Of a stretch of 64,000 nucleotides of DNA, positions 1-11,551 are shown piece after piece; within the stretch, counting starts at the first letter, position 1; each line of letters begins with the position of its first letter. The notes below the pieces were generated by a model. The model saw only the letters and a program-made list of their open reading frames with translations, searched no databases and was not told where the DNA came from. The position numbers and the translations under genes are program-made. This stretch comes from Octopus vulgaris (lineage: Eukaryota), in assembly GCA_951406725.2 (NCBI GenBank), contig OX597815.1, positions 209,808,001-209,872,000 on the forward strand, given 5' to 3'.

Positions 1-36
1 AAATTCTACAAAATTTTCCTTGCCACCCTATATTGA

Positions 37-67
<31 letters not shown>

Positions 68-89
68 GCGGCGTACATACCCTCTCTCT

Positions 90-127
<38 letters not shown>

Positions 128-394
128 GGTGTTGTTCAAACGATGAATAGCCTTCGCGTAAACCAATTGGTTCGTTTTGTTCTCTTACTTTATTATTATT
201 ATCATCTCATAATCATCTCATAATAATGACCTTTATGACTCGTATCACTACCTCGGTCAATCTAAATGTATATATTTGTCACTACCTGTCATAAATAGCC
301 TTTTTCTATCTGCAATATGCATTTTCGTTGATTTTTCATATTTTACCCTTACATTTCCACGTGTATTTTATATTTTCTTTTCGTAACATATTTC

Positions 395-454
<60 letters not shown>

Positions 455-499
455 ACATGCATATATACACGAAATGTGTTAATAGAATATTCATGGAGT

Positions 500-830
500 T
501 TGCCATAAGGCTAAATCTAATGTTGTAGGTTATACAAAGGTGAAACATGCCGTCCCCTCAAAATAAGGGTAGAGAAACATCGCAAAGCTGTGACACGAGG
601 AGATATTGATAAATCGGGTATAGCTGATCGTGTATGGAAAAATAGAGACCACCTCTCTGTGTGCGATGAAGTTAAGATAATAGACAGAGAACATCAATGG
701 AAAATACGAAAACTAAAAGAAGCACCACATATGCTAGGACGCAATAACCTCCTAAGCAGACCGAGTGGAGATATGAATAGCATATGGTAACCGGTATTAA
801 GGAAGGATAGGAAAATATTAAATTTATAAG
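500..830 (+). pseudogene. Penelope-like element relic, C-terminal GIY-YIG endonuclease region
   Basis: ORF 590..790 KSGIADRVWKNRDH..DEVKIIDREHQWKIRKLKEAPHM fits the KS.IA.H..V.I.D.E..W..RK..EA pattern at the end of PLE GIY-YIG domains; boundaries approximate. Confidence 0.7.
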
Positions 831-976
831 CCCTAAAATTCATTCCATCATTGCCCGCGGGCATATGGTGTGATGGTTAAGAGCGCTACTATCTCCAAGA
901 TTCCTAGGTTAGTAATAATAATAATAACATCAAAAAATACCTTAGGAATGAGAGTCCAGGTTCGAAATTTCCCCAA

Positions 977-1022
977 GACACCTGATGAAGGCTGGAGAGT
1001 ATATCAGCCGAAACATTGTGGT
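977..1022 (+). ncRNA. Degenerate minimal type I hammerhead ribozyme in a Penelope-type terminal repeat
   Basis: GACAC-CTGATGA-A-GGCTG(gagagtatat)CAGCC-GAAA-C-ATT-GTGGT: both core boxes and a perfect 5-bp stem II; stem III pair broken (C.A), stem I partial. Confidence 0.6.
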
Positions 1023-1617
1023 AACAACAAACAAGGTGTGGACAAATATCCGTGAAATGTAAATAATGTAAATGTTTGCATGTGTTATAGAAAACGTACT
1101 ATTGAGAAAATAAAATAAGATGAAAGTGTTGGAAATTATATTTTGCTAATGCGTCCTAAGGTTTTGTCACAGTGTAAATATTGATGCGCAGACTGGAAAG
1201 AAAATAACTTTGAAGTAGGTTTATTTTAATTTAAAAAATGAATAAGCCTAGAATTCCCAGAAGACATCATACCGTCATGAATCATACTTAAGAGTAATCT
1301 TCTTTTACTAATGTCTTTCTTTTTCATACATTGAATTTAGTTTTATAAACTATTTTAAGCATTCATTATTTATTTAAAATTTTATCAATTTTCAGATCAC
1401 TCGAGACCTTTGGTGTGTATTGGAAGGGTTTGATTGATTGCAATTAATTGCTAATAATATGATGAAACAATGCTGTGAGGGAGAAAACTATATAGACAAA
1501 AAGGTACAAAGAGAAAAAGACTTAGAGGTGATATAATGGAAACAATAGAGATTAGATGTCATAAAAACAAGTTAATGGCTTGTGTACACATATATCTATC
1601 TATCTATCTATCTATCT

Positions 1618-1704
<87 letters not shown>

Positions 1705-1863
1705 ATATATATATATATATACACATATATATATACATCATGTGTTTTGAAGTTTTGCATTCGGTAAAATTTTGTTTACTTTTAGTAGTTTTGACCGCAT
1801 TGGTCCCTCTTAGCGTGTTGGTATCTACGAATAGTAGTACCCTCAATATAATATAAAAGTATA

Positions 1864-1895
<32 letters not shown>

Positions 1896-1906
1896 CATAT
1901 ATATAT

Positions 1907-1943
<37 letters not shown>

Positions 1944-1964
1944 TATATACATATATATATACAC

Positions 1965-2003
<39 letters not shown>

Positions 2004-5000
2004 CATATATATATTATATATATTTATGTGTGGTTAGAAGATGCATGGTTTCATTGCTGTTGTATGATTAAGGAATTAAAATCTGAAGCAGATGTTGTTC
2101 AGGGTTTTTATGTCAAGATAAAACACAAATAGTCACATCCTCAGAGCTCCTCTTATATTTCAATGCAAGAAACCTGTTACGTTTGTCTGCATTGGTTAAA
2201 ATATAGCTACTAGACATTTTTTGTTCACCAGAACAAAGCTCGGCGTGTTTTCGTTTGACTAGCAAATAAGTTCCACAGAAGATCGAAGGCAAAAGAAGAC
2301 ATTTATGAAACCTACGTAAGTTGGCATAGAAAAAAAAAACTTTGTAAACAGTAGAAATTTTGTTATGTTGTATTGTTCGAAAAGAAAATATTTAGGACGA
2401 CGATAGAACCATAGTGACAAATATAATAGTGGAATATTATAATACTGATTTTCATATCTATACATATGTACATAAAATGAAATAATAACATTACAATCAT
2501 TATGAGACCTAAGCTTCGTGAACATTCCTAGTCATGCTTATTTCTAGTTGAACAAAGCCACAAAGGCAAACACATGTACTAAAGGGAACGATGAATACAG
2601 ATCAACAAAGACAAAATTTCTCACATTAAAATATCGTGTGGATGACTTCAGCGTGTAGCTATATATATATATATATATATATATATTCTATCTAGCACAA
2701 AGCCCTCGACTATAACAAGAAGTTGGCATTCTAAAAACCATTGACCACAACAACTTTATTCAGGTCAGGAGAATAAACTTGCCATCAACTCCATTAAAAC
2801 TGTCTGCAAGGCTGTTTGATTCTTAAAGTATAAAAGTATGATCTATGAATAGAAAATATCAATAAAAACATCATGGCAGGAAGTTTGCGTCGTCATCATT
2901 GAAAGAAAGCAATTTTTTTTCTCATAATATATTACCGAGCTCTTATCTTGGATCAAGAACTGACTAAGGAAGTGTTACAGGCATTCACAAATCTCCATAG
3001 GCTATAAAACGTGGATACCGTTTTTAATAAAATGCTGTCAATTCAGGCTGTTGAGAGACTACTGGGTAAAAGGAAAATAAAAAGAAGGGAAAATGCGAGA
3101 CGATCATAATTCATGAATATATTGCTAACATCCATTCTGTTTGTTTTCTCCTATAAACAGTTATTATTAGATAACATGTTTAAAATAACTAAAATAAAAC
3201 GAAAATGGTTTTGAATAATATTTCAATATGTTGCCAAAAGTAATGAAAGAGAAAAACTGGGATGATAGCTAAAGAAAGGTTGAAGAAGCAAAAACGAAAA
3301 CAAAACAAACAAAAAAAAATGGAGGACATCATCACATCGCAGCGTAAATAATTTATAAGCATCTTAAAATGTAATTATTATGTTACTTGTGGGATTATGG
3401 CACAGAAACCAATTTGAGTAAGTTGGGGCGTAACAAAGTTCAAGAACCTTGTTTCATTATTTTGTTCGTTTAACTATCTTTGCCGCTCTCTGAAAGGTAA
3501 TTGGTGACCTTATTCGTGAACTAAACAGACTAACATTTGTCCGTTGGGAAAATTTATAAACTGGTGAATCACACTTAACAAGACAGACTAGACGTAGTCG
3601 ATTAACATTACAGCGCATTATCCGCATTACCCAAGAGGTTATATGACATCAAAACTACGAGAACTTGGGAAATAAAGGCCTGATCTCGAAAATACCTAAA
3701 CATATGTTTCACAAATATTCTATAGTAAAAATCACCATTTATATAGTGACCATTTTGTAAAAAACAAATACCAAAAAGGAAAAACCACGTTAATGTAAAT
3801 ATATATTTTATATATTAGCCTCAGGATTGATGCTTAATTAGGTTTGAGTTACGCATGCAAAATTAGTAAACATATATTGTCATACCACACTGCCTTTAGA
3901 ATATAGAAAAGAAAGCATAACAATTGTTACCTTGTTAAGCTATATTGTTGCACTGATGTGAAACTATTCGGAGAAGTGAATTTGTCAAATAAAAAGTCTA
4001 TGTATTAACATTACTGCATCTGCTGATGCTTCTAGTAATATTCTTTTCGTTTCATTTCCTTCTCGTCTTCTTCATAATCATCATCGTCGTCATTAAACAT
4101 TTTACATTATTGTACTATATTTCTTTAACATACATTTCCTACTATTGTTTATTTTTTAATAATTTTTGTAGTGATTATTTTATAAGAATACCACACACAT
4201 TTTACCAACATTTTATGAACACAAGCAAGTCACGTTTTATTCATTAACTCCTAGAAGGCTTTCATTTCTATTCTTGCGTTGGAAGACAAAAATAATGACG
4301 GTAAATAAATGAATGAATAAATAAAATATCCTGTATGAAAACGTACCACCTTCACCTGTTTTGTTTATTTGAGAGACTACTGGGTGAAAGGAGGAAAAGA
4401 GGGAATGAAAAAATACGAAATGCTGGTACTTCCTGAATGCATTACTAACCCTCACAGTGCTTTGTTTTCTCCTGTAAACAGTTATCATTAGATAACATAT
4501 TCTAAAGTAACTAAAAGAAGAAGAAAAATTGTATTGAAAACTATAGAAATCTACTGTGAATTTTGTATCAAATGTCACGGTTATCATGAAGAAGCAGTTA
4601 AGATGAAAAATAAATAATGATATTAATAATAAATTTCCCCACCATATCAACGACAAAAAAGTGAAATATTAATAGATGTAAAAATTTTATACTCTTCTGT
4701 GCCACTATGCCTCCAGCGAATATCAATGAATGTCGCATTGGAGTAAAACTAAAACAACGTTCTATCAGTTTTGATTTGTTTTCTGTTCTTTAAAAGATAG
4801 AAAAGAATAAGAAACCCCTACAGTTAACTATACTTATATAGTCTAAACAACAGCAACAACAAAACCTATACTAGCTGTAGCAGCAGTAACACTATCAACT
4901 AAAGCAACAACAACCACAAAATGGCGCTAAGAATAAAAAGAACACCAAAAATAAAATCTAAATCAAAATGAAGAAAAACAAAATGTAAGTAGAAAAATAA

Positions 5001-5204
5001 ATGAGGAAAACTAAGTTAAGGTTTTATTGAAATCTTGTTTACATGTATGGCAACGTGTTGAACTAAATTTATTCATGCATTTAGAATATGCTTTGAAGCT
5101 CAGATGTTATACTGTCGATCACATGACTGAAACACGAAACGTGTAATCGTGGAATATTATTCATATTATTTTGGTCTCTGAATTCTAGCAAATGATGAAA
5201 GATA

Positions 5205-5525
5205 CTGATGATGGTGATGATGATGATGAGGAGGAGGAGGAAGAAGAAGGAAGAGGCGAAGGAGGAGGAAGAGGCTGACGACGACGACGACGACAACGAT
5301 GCTGACGATGACGACGATGACGAGCACAGTGGCGATAAATATGATGGTGAATCTGGTGATGATGACGATGATCAGAATGAGAAGAGGACGAAAAGTCGAA
5401 TAAGTCTGATCATGATGAACCTGCTGATTATGATAATGATGATGGCGTACGTAGGTGGTGATACTGGTGGTGGTGGGGGTTCTGCCGCTGCTACTGCTGC
5501 TGTTACTGCTGCTGCTGCTGTTAGT
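5205..5525. repeat. Compound trinucleotide low-complexity tract (GAT/GAG/GAC/GGT/GCT)
   Basis: Direct inspection; explains ORFs 5081..5296, 5166..5546 and 5208..5543. Confidence 0.9.
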
Positions 5526-5769
5526 AACGCCTATAACAAGTAACAATATTCAATGCAGAATTATTTATGACAATTAGGGCCGTGACATCAGAGGTGACTG
5601 CGGGAAGAACAATGACCAGAAGGAGCACAATAACAGGGATAACCGCCGTGGACACAATAAACTCATTGATGTCGAATTACTGCCATAAAAATGGTTACAA
5701 CAATCCCTATGACTCCAATGACCACTATAAAAACATTAACCCTTTAATTGTGGGAATCAGATACATCCC

Positions 5770-6080
5770 CCCACCGAAAATTTTACCCAAAAATTTTTCG
5801 AAAATTTTCGCCAAGAATTTTTCGAAAATTTTCACCGAAAATTTTCCCCAAAAATTTTTCGAAAATTTTCGCCAAGAATTTATCGAAAATTTTCACCGAA
5901 AATTTTCCCCAAAAATTTCTCGAAAATTTTCGCCGAAAATTTTCCCCAAAAATTTTTCGAAAATTTTCGCCAAGAATTTATCGAAAATTTTCACCGAAAA
6001 TTTTCCCCAAAAATTTCTCGAAAATTTTCGCCGAAAATTTTCCCCAAAAATTTTTCGAAAATTTTCCCCCAAAAATTTTG
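5770..6080. repeat. A/T-tract minisatellite (GAAAATTTTC / TTTTCGAAAA cores, ~12-bp subunits, 98-bp higher-order unit)
   Basis: Repeated ccgaaaattttccccaaaaatttttcgaaaattttc; CAAGAATTTATCG recurs at 5873 and 5971. Confidence 0.9.
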
Positions 6081-6086
6081 GGTGTA

Positions 6087-6290
6087 TCACTCTATATATA
6101 CACAAAAATCAGCAGCAGCAGCCACCTAAATATCTATTTTTAGCCATAACATAAATCTATTTTTAGCTCGGGGAAAATTTTTGAAAAATTTTTGAGGATA
6201 ATTTTCCCCGAGCTAAAAATAGATTTGTTATGGCTAAAAATAGACTTTTAGGTGGCTGCTGCTGCTGCTTTCTGTGTATATATAGAGTGA
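6087..6290. mobile_element. Short foldback/MITE-like element, ~90-bp inverted arms
   Basis: TCACTCTATATATACAC...CAGCAGCAGCAGCCACCTAAA...GCTCGGGGAAAATT is mirrored by AATTTTCCCCGAGC...TTTAGGTGGCTGCTGCTGCTG...GTGTATATATAGAGTGA. Confidence 0.75.
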
Positions 6291-6392
6291 ATTCTGGTTT
6301 ACTACTACAGTCAAGATGCCTCACCATCCACGATACACCAGATTCTGCTTTACACTTAACAACTATGACAATGTCGACGTTTATAGACTTCA

Positions 6393-7455
6393 GGGATCTT
6401 TTCTGTTTGATAGACGGAATTTTCTAGTTAACTAAACAATTTGAAACTTCGTATACTGGGTAGAATGTGTCAAAAGAAAACATTATTGTAAACAAAATTG
6501 AAAACAAAATTGTAATTCGGAACTTAAACGTAGTTTAATTTTACGAATTTTAACCAATGAAATCGCAGCATTCGAGCTCAAATTATTTACTGTGTCTAAA
6601 AACTCATACGCACACGTCTTATTCATCCTTGTCTCTTCTTTTGTCTTCTACATGAGCTAGAAATAACAGCTATATCTCTTAAATCGATGAATTTCGTCTC
6701 CCAATAAAAATATTAACGATATTTTTTGAATATTTTCTTTATTTTTTTTTTACCGAAAAGGCTTCTCCCATGGTTTTGAAGGGCCAGAAATAACAAAAAC
6801 AAAACAATAATATGTCTAAATCGGTCTCGAGTGGAGTGTGAGTAGTATTGTAAAAAAATTCCGAAATATTTTTTCATAAAAGGATGCCCCCAGCTTGTCG
6901 GAAGCTGTGATATAAATTGGGAAAAAAATCCTCGACACCAGTGCGTAATTGGTACTTAATTTATCGACCCCGAAACGATGAAACATTGACACCCCTTCTG
7001 GTTTATTTACCTTTTGTGCAAATTTGTTGCGGCAAGTGGCAAAACACGAACGTGTAATGTATGCTTGTGTGCGTATGTGTGTGTATGTATATGTCCGTTT
7101 GTATGTGTGTGTACGCTTATATATTAATTACTATGTGCTTGTGCAAATGTATATGCATGTGTTTGAGAGAGAGAGAGAGTGAGAGTGTGTGTGTGTGTGT
7201 GTCGTGCGTCTGCTATATTTCTTTATCAATATCGATAACGCAGCAATGCTGGGATTTCATTGGTTAAAATTCGAAGATGTTCGGATTTCATTGGTTAAAA
7301 TTCGTAAAATTAAACTACGTTTAACTTACGAATTATAATTTTGTTTTCAATTTTGTTTAACAATGATGTTTTCTTTTGACACATTCTACCAGTATACGAA
7401 GTTTCAAATTGTTTAGTTAAATAGAAAATTCCATCTATCAAACAGAAAAGATCCG
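6393..7455. mobile_element. Non-autonomous DNA transposon/MITE with ~180-bp terminal inverted repeats
   Basis: ~6393-6572 (GGATCTTTTCTGTTTGATAGA...AACCAATGAAATC) is the reverse complement of ~7244-7455; interior non-coding with a SINE fragment and microsatellites; no TSD resolved. Confidence 0.75.
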
Positions 7456-7489
7456 AATTCAGCATATGGAGCATATTCGTTATATGGTC

Positions 7490-7850
7490 TTTCGTAAATT
7501 TTCACCGAAAATTTACCCCCAAAAATTTTCGAAAATTTTCACCGAAAATTTTACCCAAATATTTTCACCAGCAATTTTTCGAAAATTTTTGCCGAAAATT
7601 TTATCCAACAATTTTTCGAAAATTTTCACCGAAAATTTCCCCCAAAAATTTTTCGAAAATTTTCACCGAAAATTTTACCCAAAAGTCTTTCGAAAATTTT
7701 CCCCAAGAATTTTTCGAAAATTTTCACCGAAAATTTTACCCAAAAATTTTTCTAAAATTTCCCCCAAAAAATTTTCGAAAGTTTTCACCGAAAATTTTCC
7801 CCAAGAATTTTTCGAAAATTTTCCCCAAAAATTTTAAGAAAATTTTACCC
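7490..7850. repeat. Second block of the A/T-tract minisatellite, same orientation, more diverged
   Basis: Same ccgaaaatttt-cccaaaaatttttcgaaaattttc units as 5770-6080. Confidence 0.9.
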
Positions 7851-8079
7851 TGTGCTGTGCTGTGCATAATCTAGAGTGTTGTGCGAATATATATATATAT
7901 ATAAATGTGAGTGTTTGTATGTGTGTGTGAGTGTGCGTATGTGTGTATGCATATCTATGTGTGTGTAACATTGTGTCTGTGTATGTCCCTCATCACCGCT
8001 TGACAACTAGTGTTGGTGTTGGGCAAAAGAGACGGATAGAATAACTACCAGGCTTTAAAAATCCTGGTGTCGACTGCTG

Positions 8080-10194
8080 TTCTATTACCTTTGTTTTCAG
8101 TCATCTCTTGGGCATATTTAGAAGGGAAAGATCATAAATTTGCTGGTTCCATATACGTTTAGGTGCTTACTGAGCAGGATCTTGTGTAGTTCTCCTTGAT
8201 ATATTGTCTGTGGATATTTATATGTTGGCAAAGGGAATGTTTGGCTTCGTTAGTATAATCCTCTTTGTAATTAGAACAGTTTATGCAGTGTATGAGAGTT
8301 TTAGTAATGCACTTCATACCTGCATTTACTTGGCAGGAGAATCCACTTTTAAATTTCATAAAGGAACCAGGATCCAAATGTTTGAAGTTGTTGTTGTTAT
8401 TGCATATACCAAATCTATTATTTCCACGGTCCTTCATGAAGAATTCTAAATTATCCTCTTATGTGAAATTTAACCTCGTGAGTTCCGTCTGACGTTTATT
8501 TTCCTATAATATTTTCAACGACCAGATTTTTTATTTTGTTTTAGGGAGTGTAGAATTATTGGTAGTTTTGTTTTCATAGAGTGAAATATGTTGGTCACAC
8601 AGTTTATATGCGTCGATAAATGGGATAGTATTTTCATCAATTGTTTTTCTTGCGTGTTCTCAGGTATATAAAGTCCTATTTCATAGCCCTTATAATTCCA
8701 ATGTTTATTTATTTTAAGGTGTCATTCTGATTTTTTAGGAAGAGTTCATTGACTCAAATTTGACGTATTTTCGGATCAACTATTATTATAGAAATGTCTT
8801 GCGAAACTATATGGAATGTTCCATTTGGTGTGTGAAGGATAGGAAGTGTGGAATATCAAATACTGCTTTGCATATTTTTTCTAATTTTTTTTTATAGTTA
8901 AGAATTTTGTAACTTTTTATTACGTTTCAGTATTAAATTTGACAATAGATGTCAAGAAGTTTCTTTCTTTTTTTATGTTGATGCTTTGGTTCGCTTTCAA
9001 AAGATTTACGCTCATAAGGATTTCAGCTAGAGCCATCAAATTTTTTTACCTGAGGACTTTATCCGATGTGTCGAAATGTATCGTCCATTTTAAAGATAGA
9101 ATTCTTTGAACTCAAGGGAATCCGTTGTTACTGTGCAGTCGGATATTATTACATGGTTCTCTAAGAACGGTAATTAATTTCCACACTTATGGCTAACGCT
9201 TATAAAACAGTCTTTTGGTCCTGTCTTATCTGTCGCTGCACGACGGTTGTCGCTCTGACAGATATTGTTATATTCCAGAGTCGTGGGATAGAATTTTTCT
9301 ATCTGGCACTGGACGACCTATAGTCATACAATGTTATTATCCTCAAAAGATTGGATCCACATAATGTCCACTAGCTTCCGTCGTGAATTAGATAGATGGG
9401 TGAAGGGTATTTAGAACGTTATTGAATATTCGTAGATGATAATCTGATTTCTCCCCCAAAATAAAGCAGTCATCGAGGAAGAGTCTCCACTTCTCAATGA
9501 AATATTTATTAAAATTTTGGTTAAAAATATTCACTACTTCCTCGTTTTCTAAAAAACTCCATCACCAGGATAGCATATGATGATGCTACGTTCCCGTAGA
9601 TATGCTCCTTCTTTGTTTACATGCTTTACCATCAATTTGAAAAGTGTTATCCTCTAAAAACTGGCGTGTACTGAAATTTTCGTTTATCTTCTCTCTATGT
9701 TTCTCTGTCTAGTGTTTGATCGCTTTCAGACTCAGAGTGTGAGGTTTATTACTATAAATAGTACTAAGTACGAAACTTGTAAAGATAGTCCCTTCTGGGA
9801 CAGTGATATGTATTTGTGAAAATCCATGTCGACTCGTATATAACTGGGTATCAATGGGTCTAAGGAATATAATATCTAAAAGAAGACTTAGTCGTTTTCT
9901 AGATCGATGTCTCTTAGTAGCTTTGTGTACTAGTTATTCTGTTCACTTATAGCTTTCTGTATTCCCGAGCTTTGTGCTTCTTAAATAACCCATGGAAATT
10001 ACTTTCCTTAATTAGGCGTAGGAGTGGCTGTGTGCTAAGAAGCTTGCTTACCAACCACATGGTTCCGGGTTCAGTCCCACTGCGTGGCACCTTGAGCAGG
10101 TGTCTTCTACTATAGCCACGGGCCGATCAAAGTCGTGTGAGTGGATTTGGTAGACGGAAACCGAAAGAAGCCCGTCGTATATATGTATGTATAC

Positions 10195-10251
<57 letters not shown>

Positions 10252-10740
10252 TCCCGTCAACATCGCTTGACAACCGATGCTGGTGTGTTTTCGTCCCCGT
10301 AAATTAGCGGTTCGGCTAAATGAGACCGATAGAATAAGTACTAGGCTTACAAAGAATAAGTCCTGGGGTCAATTTGCTCGACTAATGGCGGTGCTCCAGC
10401 ATGGCTACAGTCAAATGACTGAAACAAGTAAAAGAATAAAAGAGAAAGAGTTACAAAAGTAGTCTATTTCTCTATCTGTTAAGGAGTCTCGGTGTTGGTT
10501 AATTAATATTCCGATTTTATTCCTTGCTGCTTTTTACAGACTTTTTTGTTGGTTCCTTATATTAATTTTCGTCTGTTATCAGTTCCACTATTTTATCTTT
10601 ATAATAGTCCCCATCCATAATCAATATCGCCTCGCCCTTATCGGCTTCTTTTAGGATGATTGAGATGCCATCCTTCAGTGCTAGTAAATCTTCCTTTTCT
10701 ACTTTATAAAGGTTTTGTTTGTTTGCAGACACTGAGAGGG
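8080..10740 (-). mobile_element. Degraded Penelope-like retroelement (RT + GIY-YIG), interrupted by a SINE
   Basis: N-terminal RT motif QNL..E...L..L....IILKEADKGEAILIMD..YY (ORF 10562..10828); catalytic WRLFLDDCFIL at ~9453-9495; GIY-YIG-like CITKTLIHCINCSNYKEDY...SLCQHINIHRQ (ORF 8159..8437); many stops and frameshifts. Confidence 0.85.
10013..10445 (+). mobile_element. tRNA-derived SINE family A, full length, internal (TA)n(TG)n
   Basis: A-box-like GTGGCTGTGTG, B-box-like GGTTCAGTCCC, conserved body, AAAAGAAT-type tail; homologous copies elsewhere in the window. Confidence 0.9.
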
Positions 10741-11142
10741 AATTTCTTACCTTTTCTTTCTTTCTTTCTTCCTTCCTTTCTTTCTTTCCTTCTTTCTTTC
10801 TTTTTCGTTTTCTTCTCTCTCTAGCCAAGCCTCCAAAGCATCGTCACACACAATTTTACACATATACGAGCACACATACATACATACACACACATACACA
10901 TACACAAACACATACATACATATATACATACCCATAAAAACACATACACATATGTATGAATACATACACATACAGATTGAAAATAACCAACATCCTCTTC
11001 CCAGTTCAGCACCAGATTTTATTCAACGAACTCACATTAGCATAAATTTTCTGTAAGGAAATTATTCTTGATGAATCTTTCAAAAAGCGATAGAAGCGCT
11101 AAATAAATAATTATCGAACATCCTGACTACTTCTTTTTCTTA

Positions 11143-11220
<78 letters not shown>

Positions 11221-11222
<2 letters not shown>

Positions 11223-11516
11223 CCGCGAGCACCGTGACCGACCAGGCTATCAGATGTTGCTACACATCCCTGGTCACAATGCGCTTCGCATTGTTTTCTT
11301 TTAGACTTCAAATGACGCCACCACGCTGGCTAAGCGAGCAGACCAACAGAAGAAAGAGTGAGAGAAAGTTATGGCGAAAGAGTACAGCAGGGACCGCCAC
11401 CATCCCCTGCCGGGGCCTCGTGGAGCTTGTAGATGTTTACGGTCAATAAACACACACAATACCCGTTCTGGGAATCGAAACCGCGAGTCCGCTGCCCTAA
11501 CCACTGGGCTATTGCG

Positions 11517-11518
<2 letters not shown>
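11221..11518 (-). mobile_element. tRNA-derived SINE family C
   Basis: Minus-strand head AGCGCAATAGCCCAGTGGTTAGGGCAGCGGACTCGCGGTTTCGATTCCC (A and B boxes); 5' half shared with 49030-49345. Confidence 0.8.

Positions 11519-11551
<33 letters not shown>

Noticed and set aside
130-182. GATGA..AAACCAATTGGTT palindrome resembling a decayed hammerhead
   Set aside because: Both core boxes are mutated and stem II is unsupported; too degenerate to call.
858-892. tRNA-like sequences here and at SINE heads
   Set aside because: Only A/B-box remnants; no complete cloverleaf, so not tRNA genes.
328-2006. ORFs rich in YI/IY/LSIY/CV/HT repeats here and throughout the window
   Set aside because: Translations of (TA)n, (CTAT)n and (TG)n microsatellites, which lack stops in some frames.
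5567-6154. 195-aa and overlapping KIF/ENF repeat ORFs (also 7466..7837)
   Set aside because: Open in several frames and on both strands because the satellite lacks stop codons; no sign of coding constraint.
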